Below, in pieces: positions 1 through 8,665 of a DNA stretch of 24,000 bases. The DNA is taken from positions 3,836,025 to 3,860,024 of the forward strand of contig CP131915.1 in the NCBI GenBank assembly GCA_030704225.1, given 5' to 3'. The stretch is from Kosakonia sp. H02 (lineage in GTDB: Bacteria > Pseudomonadota > Gammaproteobacteria > Enterobacterales > Enterobacteriaceae). The notes under the pieces are model-generated. The model saw nothing but the letters and a program-made list of their open reading frames with translations, was not told the DNA's origin and ran no database searches. The number at the start of each line of letters is the position of its first letter. The stretch's first letter is position 1. The position numbers and the translations under genes are program-made.

Positions 1-730
1 AATCCGCCGGGGCACGCTGAAAATTATCGACAATCTTCTGCAAAACCTGGTCACTCAGAACAGCACCTTCCGCCCGCGCGACCGCCAGACATTCGCGCAG
101 ATACGCCAGTGCCAGTTCAGTAATATCACGGCGCGAGAACATCCCGGCCCGGCGATTTGCCAGCACCATCAGCCCCGCGACCGCATTTTGCAGCAGTTTG
201 CGCCATGCTATCGAGACAAAATCGGATGCCAACTCAACCGCGCAGCGCGTACCGCTGAGCGCATCGACAACGCTTTTTGCCTGGGGCACATCTGGCAGCG
301 TCAGGCGCGGTTTCGCGCGTAGCCAGACAGAGGCATCCGGCTCGCGTTGTGCCGGAAACCAGACGACCGAAGGCAGCACCGTTGCGCCATTAACGAAAGG
401 CGCGAGCTGGGCTTTCTGCTCAACGCCGTTTTGCAGGGCACATACGACGGTGTTTTCATCGCACAATGCCTTCAGCCAACCGGCGCTGTCAGCCACCTGT
501 GTGGTTTTCACCGCGACAAATACCAGCCCGAACGGGTGACTGACCGCCGTCGGATCGCGCAATACCGGACCCGGCACCACAACTTCACCCTCATCGTGAC
601 GCAAAATTAACTGCGAATGCCCGGTGCGCCCGCAAAGCAGCGGTGTGCGGTCAACTTCATGCAGTGCCGCGGCGATGGTCGTACCGATAGCTCCCGGCCC
701 AATCAACGCCATCGTCGGATGGTCAGACAT
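1..730 (-). CDS. PanE/ApbA (2-dehydropantoate 2-reductase)-family oxidoreductase, 3' end cut by window edge
   Basis: The minus-strand frame is open from ATG (730-728) to position 1. It is absent from the ORF track because it has no stop in the window. My translation starts MSDHPTMALIGPGAIGTT (GxGxxG Rossmann motif) and contains IAWRKLLQNAVAGL (the W-x-K-x3-N motif typical of ketopantoate-reductase-like proteins). It starts 20 nt downstream of the EamA stop, which suggests co-transcription. Confidence 0.65.
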   Translation of the reverse strand, partial: MSDHPTMALIGPGAIGTTIAAALHEVDRTPLLCGRTGHSQLILRHDEGEVVVPGPVLRDPTAVSHPFGLVFVAVKTTQVADSAGWLKALCDENTVVCALQNGVEQKAQLAPFVNGATVLPSVVWFPAQREPDASVWLRAKPRLTLPDVPQAKSVVDALSGTRCAVELASDFVSIAWRKLLQNAVAGLMVLANRRAGMFSRRDITELALAYLRECLAVARAEGAVLSDQVLQKIVDNFQRAPAD

Positions 731-750
731 TGTGAGTTCTCCTGATGTGA

Positions 751-1578
751 TTAACCGATAATCAGTGTGCCGGTGACAATCACCGCGCACGCCAGCATTT
801 TTCTTAGCGTTAACGTTTCGCCGAGAAAGAGATAACCCAGTACTGCGGCAAACAGCACGCTGGTTTCGCGAAGCGCAGAGACGGCGCCCATCGGTGCCGC
901 TGCCATGGCGTAAATAATAATGCCGTAAGCCAGCAGCGAAACCAGACCGCCAGCCGCAGCACTCAATAAACCCGGCCGCCAGCGCAGTAAACTTTGGCTG
1001 TCGCGCAGCGTGATATAGAGCGCGGGCATCAGTACTCCCCATAATGCACTCATCCACACGGTATAGGAGAGCGCATTGCCTGAGAGGCGGACACCCATAC
1101 CATCTACCACGCTATACGCGGCGATAAAAGCCCCGGTCGCGAGGGAGTATTTCAGCCCCGGCATTGCCAGCCTGCGGCGTCTCAATGCAAGCATCAGAAT
1201 GCCGACAGAAATGAGCAGGATGCCGCCAAGCGTGGTGAGTGCCATTTTTTCCCCGGCAAACAGTGCCGCCGCACAGGTAACCAGTAACGGCGAAGAACCG
1301 CGCGCAATCGGGTAGGTTTGGCTGAGATCGCCGCTCTGGTAACTGCGTATCAGACACAGGTTATACCCGACATGCAGCAGGGCCGATAACAGCGCGTACT
1401 TCCAGCTTGCGATGGCCGGTTGCGGCAGAAACAGCGCGATAACGACGCTGGTCAGGGCGATCGTTACGCACATGATGGTCATCGACCACAACCGGTCAGT
1501 GCCGCCGCGTAATAACGCATTCCAGCTGGCATGCAGCAGGGCGGCAAATAATGTAAGCAAAATAATGGGTTCGGACAT
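751..1578 (-). CDS. EamA/DMT-superfamily transporter
   Basis: A 275-aa ORF that is almost entirely hydrophobic, with about 10 predicted TM segments. It has two-repeat EamA-like organisation and the typical N-terminus LLHASWNALLRGG. Confidence 0.8.
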   Translation of the reverse strand: MSEPIILLTLFAALLHASWNALLRGGTDRLWSMTIMCVTIALTSVVIALFLPQPAIASWKYALLSALLHVGYNLCLIRSYQSGDLSQTYPIARGSSPLLVTCAAALFAGEKMALTTLGGILLISVGILMLALRRRRLAMPGLKYSLATGAFIAAYSVVDGMGVRLSGNALSYTVWMSALWGVLMPALYITLRDSQSLLRWRPGLLSAAAGGLVSLLAYGIIIYAMAAAPMGAVSALRETSVLFAAVLGYLFLGETLTLRKMLACAVIVTGTLIIG

Positions 1579-1653
1579 GGGATGATGCTAAACAGCATGC
1601 GTCCGGATGAAAAGCGAAGTCTCGTCATTGCGCCATGAACAAATCCTCATGCA

Positions 1654-2559
1654 TTACCGGTAGCTGAGCTGGGCTTGCTGTGACTCTGCCAGCAGCCAGC
1701 GGCGGAATTTCACGATATGCGACTGCGTTTCGATGCCTTGCGGGCAGACGAAATAATAGGCGGCGGGTGAGGGAAAAGGGACGTCAAAGAGGCGCACCAG
1801 GCTGCCGTCGCCGATCTCTTTTTCAACGTGACCGCTGCGCGCAAGTGCAATGCCCTGACCCAGAAGCGCGGCTTCAATCGTCATATTGGTGTCAGCGAAG
1901 CGGACGCTCTCATGCAGCACATCAATATTTACGCCGTTCTGCTTAAACCAGGCGTCCCATTTGGGTACCAGATCGGCACCATCACGCGTGAGCAGCGGAT
2001 AGCGCAGCAGCTCGGCAGGTTCAGAAGGCGTGCCAAAACGCTGAAGCAGCGCCGGGCTGGCCACCGGAAATAACTGCTCGCGAAACATAAACTCCGTGAA
2101 TAGCGCGGGATAATTACCGTGACCGAAACGGATCGCCACATCGGAATCTGTGCCGGCGAAGTTGATGGCTTGATCGGTACTTTCGAGGCTCACCAGAATA
2201 TCCGGGTGTAAACGCGCTAAACCCGGCAGGCGCGGCAGAAGCCACTTCAGCGCAAACGAATAGGTGGTGTTTACACGCAATCGAACCCGGCCATTTTGTT
2301 CCCGCAGATCGCCAAGTGTGGTTTCCAGTTTGCTAAAGAACTCGCGTACCAGCGGCGCGAGCGCGGCACCGGCAGGCGTCAGGCTGAGGGTTTTACCGCG
2401 CTGAAAAAGTTGCAGGCCCCAGATTTCCTCCAGGTTTTTTAGCTGATGACTGACCGCGCTTTGCGTAATAAAGAGCTCTGCGGCGGCGGAAGTAAACGTG
2501 GTGTGGCGAGTGGCGACTTCAAACGCCCGCAGCGTGGCGGTAGGGGGAAGGTCACGCAT
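1654..2559 (-). CDS. LysR-family transcriptional regulator (GcvA-like subgroup)
   Basis: A 301-aa ORF. The N-terminal wHTH reads LRAFEVATRHTTFTSAAAELFITQSAVSHQLKNLE, followed by a LysR substrate-binding fold of typical length. Confidence 0.85.
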   Translation of the reverse strand: MRDLPPTATLRAFEVATRHTTFTSAAAELFITQSAVSHQLKNLEEIWGLQLFQRGKTLSLTPAGAALAPLVREFFSKLETTLGDLREQNGRVRLRVNTTYSFALKWLLPRLPGLARLHPDILVSLESTDQAINFAGTDSDVAIRFGHGNYPALFTEFMFREQLFPVASPALLQRFGTPSEPAELLRYPLLTRDGADLVPKWDAWFKQNGVNIDVLHESVRFADTNMTIEAALLGQGIALARSGHVEKEIGDGSLVRLFDVPFPSPAAYYFVCPQGIETQSHIVKFRRWLLAESQQAQLSYR

Positions 2560-2575
2560 TATTCTGTTCCTGTTA

Positions 2576-2591
2576 ATGAGCTAATACTCAT
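2576..2591. promoter_or_regulatory. Palindrome ATGAG-N6-CTCAT just upstream of the LysR start (possible autoregulatory operator)
   Basis: A perfect 5+5 inverted repeat read directly, lying 17 nt upstream of the LysR ATG at 2559. The only support is its position and symmetry. Confidence 0.2.
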
Positions 2592-2670
2592 GACACAGTA
2601 TGTCGAATTGAATGTGAAAGACAGAGTGACAGAGAAAGAAGTACGGTGGGAAAGAGCCCTGCGGGTCTAT

Positions 2671-2766
2671 GAAAAGAAAAATCCACGCCGCGGCGTGGAT
2701 TTTTGTGAAGCGAAAAGGGCAACCAGACGTTGAACAGGACGTTCATCACATTGCCATTTTTAACGA
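2671..2766 (-). pseudogene. Relic of the ychF 3' end (last 14 codons, stop lost) plus its terminator hairpin; left copy of the island-flanking direct repeat
   Basis: Aligns without gaps to 17905-18000 at an offset of 15234 bp, with about 84/96 identities by hand count. The minus-strand translation is LVKNGNVMNVLFNVW, versus [14 protein letters not shown] in the intact ychF. TGA has become TGG. Confidence 0.8.
2677..2704. terminator. Hairpin ATCCACGC-CGCG-GCGTGGAT flanked by an A-run and a T-run; probable bidirectional terminator, ending the MFS/sulfatase operon on the minus strand
   Basis: Both 8-bp stem arms are identical to the ychF terminator at 17915-17934. T-rich tracts follow on both strands. 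It lies 80 nt downstream of the MFS stop. Confidence 0.55.
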
Positions 2767-2782
2767 GTTCCACGGGTTGCTT

Positions 2783-4129
2783 TTATGATTTGGCTTGTGG
2801 TTTGCGCAACCCTGTTTTCGCTGCAAACAACAGCAGAGTGATCAGACTTACGGTCAGCATGACAATATTCACCAGTAAACCCATGCCGAAATCGCCGGTC
2901 AGATCTTTCACGTACCCCATTGCTGTTGGGCCAAAAAAACCGCCCAGGTTACCGATGGAGTTAATCACAGCGATGCCGCCAGCCGCGGCTGATCCCACCA
3001 TAAACTGTGGCGGGAGCGTCCAGAAAACCGGTAAAACGGCAAACAGACCTGCCGATGCCATGGTCAATCCGAGCACATTCAACAATGCGCCTTTACTGAA
3101 TGCGGTCAACGCTATTCCAGCGATGGCTAACACCAGCGGTACCACGGTATGGAACACGCGCTCATTACGACGATCGGATCGCTTTCCCCACCACAACAGG
3201 GCAATAACGGCGGCAATATAAGGAATGACTGACAGAAAACCGGTCGCAATAAATGAAAAACCTGCGCTTTTAATGAGCTGCGGAAGCCAGAAGTTGACTG
3301 TCGCATTAGTCATGGAAATCCCGAGGAAGATGAGCGCAAGGCTAAGCACCAGAGGATGGAAAAAAATACGAGAAACTTCAACGCTGGATGTATGCTGCCG
3401 CTGCGTTAAATCTTCATTCAAAACGTTGCGGGCAGTCTGTTTTTCCTGATCGGAAAGCCATTTAACATCCTCAACTTTTTCCGGCAGTCGCAGCCAGACA
3501 ATGATACCCAGAATCACAGCCGGAACGGCCTCAATAACAAACAGCCATTGCCATCCTTGCAGACCGCTATGCGCACCGGTGGAAAGAATGAGCCCGGAAA
3601 CCGGCCCGCCGATAATTGTCGCCAGCGGATTGGACAGTAATAAAAAGCCGACAATTTGCGCGCGCCGTTTGTTCGGAAACCATTGTGTTAAGTAATAAAG
3701 AATGCCCGGATAAAAACCCGCTTCAGCAGCGCCTAACAAAAAACGTAGGGCAAGAAAGGATTTCGCATCCCAGACAAATGCCGTACAGGCGGATAAAAGC
3801 CCCCAGGTGATCATAATCCGGGCAATCCAGCGTCGGGCACCCACGCGGGCTAACATCAAATTACTGGGCACTTCAAAAATAAAATAACTAATAAAAAATA
3901 TGCCGCTCCCCAGGCCGAATGCGGTAGCGGACAGACCGATATCTTCACGCATTGTTAATGCTGCGAAGCCCACATTCACCCGGTCGAGAAAAGCCGCAAA
4001 ATAGCAAAGCACCAAAAATGGTAATAATCGCCAGGCGATTTTATTAAATGTTTTTTGCGTCGTTTCGCTCTCTTGAAGCGGAACATACGCCGATTTACTT
4101 GTAGATGTAACGGAGGAATTTTGTGACAT
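2783..4129 (-). CDS. MFS transporter, anion:cation symporter (ACS) type (tartrate/galactonate/phthalate-permease-like)
   Basis: A 448-aa ORF with 12 TM-like segments. The N-terminal motif is FLDRVNVGFAALTM...GLGSGIFFISYFIFEVPSNLMLARVGARRWIA, characteristic of ACS-family MFS transporters. It starts 22 nt after the sulfatase stop, so the two form an operon. Confidence 0.85.
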   Translation of the reverse strand: MSQNSSVTSTSKSAYVPLQESETTQKTFNKIAWRLLPFLVLCYFAAFLDRVNVGFAALTMREDIGLSATAFGLGSGIFFISYFIFEVPSNLMLARVGARRWIARIMITWGLLSACTAFVWDAKSFLALRFLLGAAEAGFYPGILYYLTQWFPNKRRAQIVGFLLLSNPLATIIGGPVSGLILSTGAHSGLQGWQWLFVIEAVPAVILGIIVWLRLPEKVEDVKWLSDQEKQTARNVLNEDLTQRQHTSSVEVSRIFFHPLVLSLALIFLGISMTNATVNFWLPQLIKSAGFSFIATGFLSVIPYIAAVIALLWWGKRSDRRNERVFHTVVPLVLAIAGIALTAFSKGALLNVLGLTMASAGLFAVLPVFWTLPPQFMVGSAAAGGIAVINSIGNLGGFFGPTAMGYVKDLTGDFGMGLLVNIVMLTVSLITLLLFAAKTGLRKPQAKS

Positions 4130-4151
4130 TTGTCTCTGCCTTTTTATAATT

Positions 4152-5648
4152 TTAGAAACCTACCACTTGCCCCGGATCGGCCGAGGTTGCCAGTGGCGGG
4201 AAGTGAATGCCGCGCTGACCTGAAAGCCCACGATTAACAGGCAGGACAAATTCAGGCGGTTCGCAGCCTGTGAAGGTGCCGTTATTAACCCACGCCAGAT
4301 CGCTGCCGTAGAGTTCTTGTAATAGTTGTTGTTTCAATGAGCCGATGACATCGTGCATAGCCTCATGCCGGGAGAGATCGTGTTGTTCGCCCGGATCGCT
4401 CTCTAAATCAAACAGTTGGAAATGGTTTCCCGCCGGATACCAGAGAAGTTTAAAGCGCCCGTCGGTAAGCATTCGGCTGGCGAGCGGGCCTTCAAGGCTC
4501 TCGCCGTAAAACGTGCTGCGCTGCCGTTCGCCGGTCATCGATATGCCATCGCAACTTTCCGGTACGGGGATATCACACAGCGTGAGCAACGTTGGCATGA
4601 TGTCCTGGAGCCCTACCAGGCGCTTGTCACAGCGGCCGGGCTGAATGCGGTTCGAACCTGCCCGATCCACAACAATCATCGGTATTTGTGCTGAACCCTG
4701 GTAAAAATAGCGTTTGGCGTACATGCCATGGTCGCCGAGCATATCCCCGTGGTCGCTGGTGAAGACAATGATGGTGTCATCCAGGATGCCTTCTTCCCGC
4801 AACGAGCCTATCAGCAGGCGGATTTGGTGATCGATATGGGTGCATTGCGCGTAAAAGGCGCGTCGCATATCGTCGTACTGCTCTGGCGGTAGCGGCGGTT
4901 TGAGTTGTTGATTCATGGCGAGCGCATAGGGAAGGTCTGCCGCTCGTGACCATTCACTTTGTTGTGGGCCATCAATATTACGCAGGCGATAACGATCGAA
5001 ATAACTGCTCAGCGGGACAATGGGCGGGTGAGGATGAGTATAGGAAACGTACCAAAAGGCGGGACGCGTCGGGTCACGGCGGCGGATATTCTTCGCTGCC
5101 GTTTGTGTTACCCAGTTGGTCACGTGCAGCTTCTCGTCCAGGTGCCATGTCCGCCAGCTATATTCGTTATTGCTCATGCCATGCATAAATTGCTGACCGG
5201 CAACGCCATTTTCCGCGAGGAAAATTTCGTAATCATCCACGCCGCCCAGATGGCTGCGTCCCTCTTCAGCGATAAAGGCCTCTTCAAAACCGATACGATC
5301 GCGTGTGGGGTAAACGTGTAATTTCCCGGTGGCTGACGTTTGATAACCGGCACGGGCAAATGTACCTGCCAGCGTTGGCATATCCGGCATTGGCAGCGCA
5401 GGCTGAAAGATTCGATCGCCATGTTTTCGCGATGTTGTACCGGTCATGATCGTCCTGCGCGCAGGGATACAAATCGGGCAAGGTGACCAGGCATTTGGAA
5501 AATGGACCCCCGAACGAGCCAGATTGTCGATAGTCGGTGTTTCAATAAAGCGATTACCGGCAAAACCAAACAGGTGGCCTGGCCATTGATCCACGGTGAT
5601 AAACAGGACGTGGGGGCGTTTTGTTAACGTTGAATTATTGCTGTTCAT
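4152..5648 (-). CDS. Cys-type sulfatase without signal peptide (predicted cytoplasmic)
   Basis: A 498-aa ORF. The N-terminus KRPHVLFITVDQW provides the metal-binding DQ motif. The sulfatase signature C-I-P-A-R-RTIM-TG fits C-x-P-x-R-x4-TG. Later motifs TSDHGD and GKLH are present. No hydrophobic leader is visible. Confidence 0.85.
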   Translation of the reverse strand: MNSNNSTLTKRPHVLFITVDQWPGHLFGFAGNRFIETPTIDNLARSGVHFPNAWSPCPICIPARRTIMTGTTSRKHGDRIFQPALPMPDMPTLAGTFARAGYQTSATGKLHVYPTRDRIGFEEAFIAEEGRSHLGGVDDYEIFLAENGVAGQQFMHGMSNNEYSWRTWHLDEKLHVTNWVTQTAAKNIRRRDPTRPAFWYVSYTHPHPPIVPLSSYFDRYRLRNIDGPQQSEWSRAADLPYALAMNQQLKPPLPPEQYDDMRRAFYAQCTHIDHQIRLLIGSLREEGILDDTIIVFTSDHGDMLGDHGMYAKRYFYQGSAQIPMIVVDRAGSNRIQPGRCDKRLVGLQDIMPTLLTLCDIPVPESCDGISMTGERQRSTFYGESLEGPLASRMLTDGRFKLLWYPAGNHFQLFDLESDPGEQHDLSRHEAMHDVIGSLKQQLLQELYGSDLAWVNNGTFTGCEPPEFVLPVNRGLSGQRGIHFPPLATSADPGQVVGF

Positions 5649-5755
5649 TTTTTAGCTCTTTCAATGAGTTATGGCGTTTTTCTGCCGGGACAAGAAAAGC
5701 TTTCCCTGGTGGAATCATTGTCATTAAAAAGAATATGTAATAAAAAATGAGCTAC

Positions 5756-5774
5756 AAATTAGATTTCCTAATTT
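5756..5774. promoter_or_regulatory. Candidate LysR box: AAATTAG-N5-CTAATTT (contains T-N11-A)
   Basis: A perfect 7+7 inverted repeat in the divergent intergenic region between the sulfatase (start 5648) and the LysR gene (start 5806). Confidence 0.35.
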
Positions 5775-5805
5775 GTTATCTTCTAATTACATCCAGGTCA
5801 CAGTT

Positions 5806-6726
5806 ATGGATCAAAAAAGCTTGATGTCGTTTGTCGTGCTGGCCGAGGAGTTGCAATTCATCCGCGCGGCAAAGCGACTGAATGTCACGCAATCAGCGTT
5901 AAGCCAGTTAATCGCTCGCCTTGAAAAAGAGCTGGGCGTGGAGCTTTTTGAGCGCACCAAACGTAGTGTTCGCTTGTCACAATGCGGACATGTTTTTTTA
6001 CCCGAAGCGCGAAAAGTCATTGAGGATATTGATAAAGCCGCAGAAACGGCGCGCCGCGCCGCCAGGGGACAAGTGGGTAAAATTGCTGTCGCCTATGTTG
6101 ATGCTGCCCCCTTCAGCCTGCTTTCGCCGGTGATTATGCAATTTCGTAAAGCCTGGCCGGATGTCGAAATGGTATTGCATGAAATGACGTCAGCAGATCA
6201 ATTCGACGCGTTGCAACATGATCACATCGACATCGGCTTGTTGCGACCGTTATACCAGGCGGAGTGGATGCGAAGCGCGACGTTGCTGGAAGAGCCTTAC
6301 GTGGTGGCGATGCATAAAGAGCATGAGCTTGCCGCGCTGGAGGCGGTGCACATTCGCGCACTTATCAGGGAGAAATTTCTCTTTACCTCCAAAGAGAAAG
6401 CGAAATACATCTACAGCAACTGGGACGCCATATTTTCTCGCCATGGGATGTTACCGATAGTGGTTCAGGAGGTGAATCAACTCCACGCGCTGTTAAGCCT
6501 GGTTGGGGCGGGTATGGGAATGGCGTTTCTGCCGCTGTCGGTGGCGCAGAATAACAATCATGGTGTTGTCTACCGACCCATTACTGGCATTGATACACCT
6601 TGCGCGCAACTGAATATCGCCTGGCGTGATGGAACCCATAACGCGCTCATCAGTAATTTCGTTCATACTGCGAAGCAGGTAAGTGCAAGGGTGAAAAGGG
6701 ATAAAAACGTCCTGGCGGCGCATTAA
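5806..6726 (+). CDS. LysR-family transcriptional regulator
   Basis: The ORF track begins at TTG 5773. I prefer ATG 5806 (MDQKSLMSFVVLAEELQFIRAAKRLNVTQSALSQLIARLE is a canonical LysR HTH at the N-terminus), with AGGT 7 nt upstream. It is divergent from the sulfatase-MFS operon. Confidence 0.85.
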   Translation: MDQKSLMSFVVLAEELQFIRAAKRLNVTQSALSQLIARLEKELGVELFERTKRSVRLSQCGHVFLPEARKVIEDIDKAAETARRAARGQVGKIAVAYVDAAPFSLLSPVIMQFRKAWPDVEMVLHEMTSADQFDALQHDHIDIGLLRPLYQAEWMRSATLLEEPYVVAMHKEHELAALEAVHIRALIREKFLFTSKEKAKYIYSNWDAIFSRHGMLPIVVQEVNQLHALLSLVGAGMGMAFLPLSVAQNNNHGVVYRPITGIDTPCAQLNIAWRDGTHNALISNFVHTAKQVSARVKRDKNVLAAH

Positions 6727-6741
6727 GAGCACGCAGAAGAA

Positions 6742-6764
6742 AAGAGGCCAGAGTCTGGCCTCTT
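6742..6764. terminator. Hairpin AAGAGGCCAG-agt-CTGGCCTCTT between convergent genes
   Basis: A 10-bp perfect stem. On the minus strand it is followed by TTTTCTTCT. It lies between the LysR stop (6726) and the sulfatase stop (6785). Confidence 0.6.
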
Positions 6765-6784
6765 GTATGAGTGTCTCAGCGTTA

Positions 6785-8632
6785 TTATTGTGCGGAGATC
6801 CCATCTTCCATACGGTTGAACTTGTAGAAGAACGGAACGGGGTCGACAACCGGTGGATTACTGTATTTTTGCGCTTCCTGCTGCCAAAGGTTTTTCAACT
6901 CTGCCAGTTTTTCCGGATATTTCGCCGCCAGATCGGTTGATTCCGAATAATCATTGGCGGTGTTAAACAGCTGCCATTGGTCGTTTGCGTAGTCCGTGCC
7001 AATCCGGTGCATAGCCACTGCACGCCAGTCACCTTTGGTAATTGCCCTTTGACCACGCAGTTCAAAGTACTGCACATCGCGGGTTTTGGCCGTATCTGAA
7101 TTTAATGTTGGCAGGAATGATTTGCCCGCGACCGGAATTTGTTTTACGCCGTCAACGACGTCAGCAAATTTTGTCCCGGCTGCATCCAGAATGGTGGGGG
7201 CCAGGTCAATAACGCTGACGTACTGGTGGCGAATGACGCCTGGTTTCTGAATCTGTTTAGGCCAGGAGACAATCAGCGGCGTGCGGATCCCGCCTAAATA
7301 GGGCCACAACTTATAGCGACGGAAAGGCGTGCTGCCTGCATAAGCCCACGGGCGCTGATAGAGCATATCTGTATTCGGGCCACCGGCCTCATCCAGATGG
7401 GCATCCATTTCCGCGACAGTGGTGTTATCCATATAGGCACGACGGAAACCACCGTTCGGGCCACCTTCGGAAGCTGCGCCGTTATCGGTAATAAACATGA
7501 CCACGGTGTTATCAAACTGATTGGTGGATTTCAGATACTGAACCAGCCGGCCAATTTGCTCATCCGTGTGAGTAATAAAACCTGCGTATGTTTCCATAAA
7601 GCGACTGAAAACGCGTTTATGTTGTTCATCCAGCGAATCCCAGGCCGCATCACCTTTCTCACGCGGCGGGAGAACAGTATTTGCCGGTATAACGCCCAGT
7701 TTTTTCTGGCGTTCAAAACGTTCGAGGCGCAGTTTATCCCAGCCCTGGCTGTACTTGCCTTTGTAGGCATCAATATAAGATTGCGGTACTTGCAACGGTG
7801 AGTGTGCAGCCCCAAAAGCGAGATAGACAAATTTTGGCTTATCCGACTTTTCTTTGAAGGCACCGATAGCGTGATCGACCAGATCAACAGAGAGGTGATA
7901 GCCCGGTTTGTCCGGTTTGGGGAGTTCTTTATTATTTTCCACTAAATCAGGGTGATATTGCGGTGAATGACCACTCAGGAAGCCGTAGTAGTAATCAAAT
8001 CCTTTCTGTCTCGGCCAGAATTTTTGGTTACGTTCAGGCGCATCTTTGTATTCAGGTGCGATATGCCATTTTCCCAGCGCATAGGTTGAGTAGCCCGCCT
8101 GGTGCAGGGCCTGGGCCATGGTTTGCGCATTCATTGGCATTTCACCGCTGTTGGCTGGGCCTGCTCCCAGCGGCGTTTCCGGCGCAGGTGCATTCGTGCC
8201 TTTCGGCGGCAACTCTTCCATATTGACAGTCTGATTGTTGCGTCCGGTCATCAACGCAGCACGCGTCGGCGCGCACATGGAACTGGTATCGAACCGGTTA
8301 TAGCGCAGTCCCGAATACGCCAGCAAATCGATATTAGGCGTTTTAATCTCAGAGCCAAATGCGCCGATGTCCCCAAACCCCATGTCATCAAGCACAATCA
8401 TCACGACGTTGGGTTGTTGCTTCGTTTTCTCTGCGGTGGGCTGGGTCTGTCCGGCGGCCGTGAAGGACGCCATCAGCATACCTGCCATAGCGGTGCCCGT
8501 AGCCAGAATGCTGAGTAACTTTTTCCGCGAGGGAAAAAGGGGGCTATTACTTTGTTGAACGTCATTGTTCTGGTGTGAAGCGGCAAAAATTTCCTGCCTG
8601 TCTTTATAAAGCGATGTAACGAGCGTTCTCAT
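6785..8632 (-). CDS. Secreted Cys-type arylsulfatase (AtsA-like)
   Basis: A 615-aa ORF. Motifs include NVVMIVLDDMGFGDIGAFGSEIKTPNID, the signature C-A-P-T-R-AALM-TG, and GKWH. The hydrophobic leader LLSILATGTAMAGMLMASFTAAG follows a long N-region. AAGGAA sits 7 nt upstream of the ATG. It starts 33 nt after the porin stop. Confidence 0.85.
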   Translation of the reverse strand: MRTLVTSLYKDRQEIFAASHQNNDVQQSNSPLFPSRKKLLSILATGTAMAGMLMASFTAAGQTQPTAEKTKQQPNVVMIVLDDMGFGDIGAFGSEIKTPNIDLLAYSGLRYNRFDTSSMCAPTRAALMTGRNNQTVNMEELPPKGTNAPAPETPLGAGPANSGEMPMNAQTMAQALHQAGYSTYALGKWHIAPEYKDAPERNQKFWPRQKGFDYYYGFLSGHSPQYHPDLVENNKELPKPDKPGYHLSVDLVDHAIGAFKEKSDKPKFVYLAFGAAHSPLQVPQSYIDAYKGKYSQGWDKLRLERFERQKKLGVIPANTVLPPREKGDAAWDSLDEQHKRVFSRFMETYAGFITHTDEQIGRLVQYLKSTNQFDNTVVMFITDNGAASEGGPNGGFRRAYMDNTTVAEMDAHLDEAGGPNTDMLYQRPWAYAGSTPFRRYKLWPYLGGIRTPLIVSWPKQIQKPGVIRHQYVSVIDLAPTILDAAGTKFADVVDGVKQIPVAGKSFLPTLNSDTAKTRDVQYFELRGQRAITKGDWRAVAMHRIGTDYANDQWQLFNTANDYSESTDLAAKYPEKLAELKNLWQQEAQKYSNPPVVDPVPFFYKFNRMEDGISAQ

Positions 8633-8665
8633 TGCGTGATTCCTTATTAATAAAAGGTATCGGGT

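Noticed and set aside
2588-2773. A 61-aa minus-strand ORF (MELVKNGNVMNVLFNVW...)
   Set aside because: It exists only because the ychF relic lost its stop codon and reads on through the terminator palindrome. There is no RBS or promoter context, so I treat it as a pseudogene fragment.
2730-3221. A 163-aa plus-strand ORF overlapping the 3' part of the MFS gene
   Set aside because: It is antisense to a well-supported transporter gene, begins inside the ychF relic, and has no motifs.
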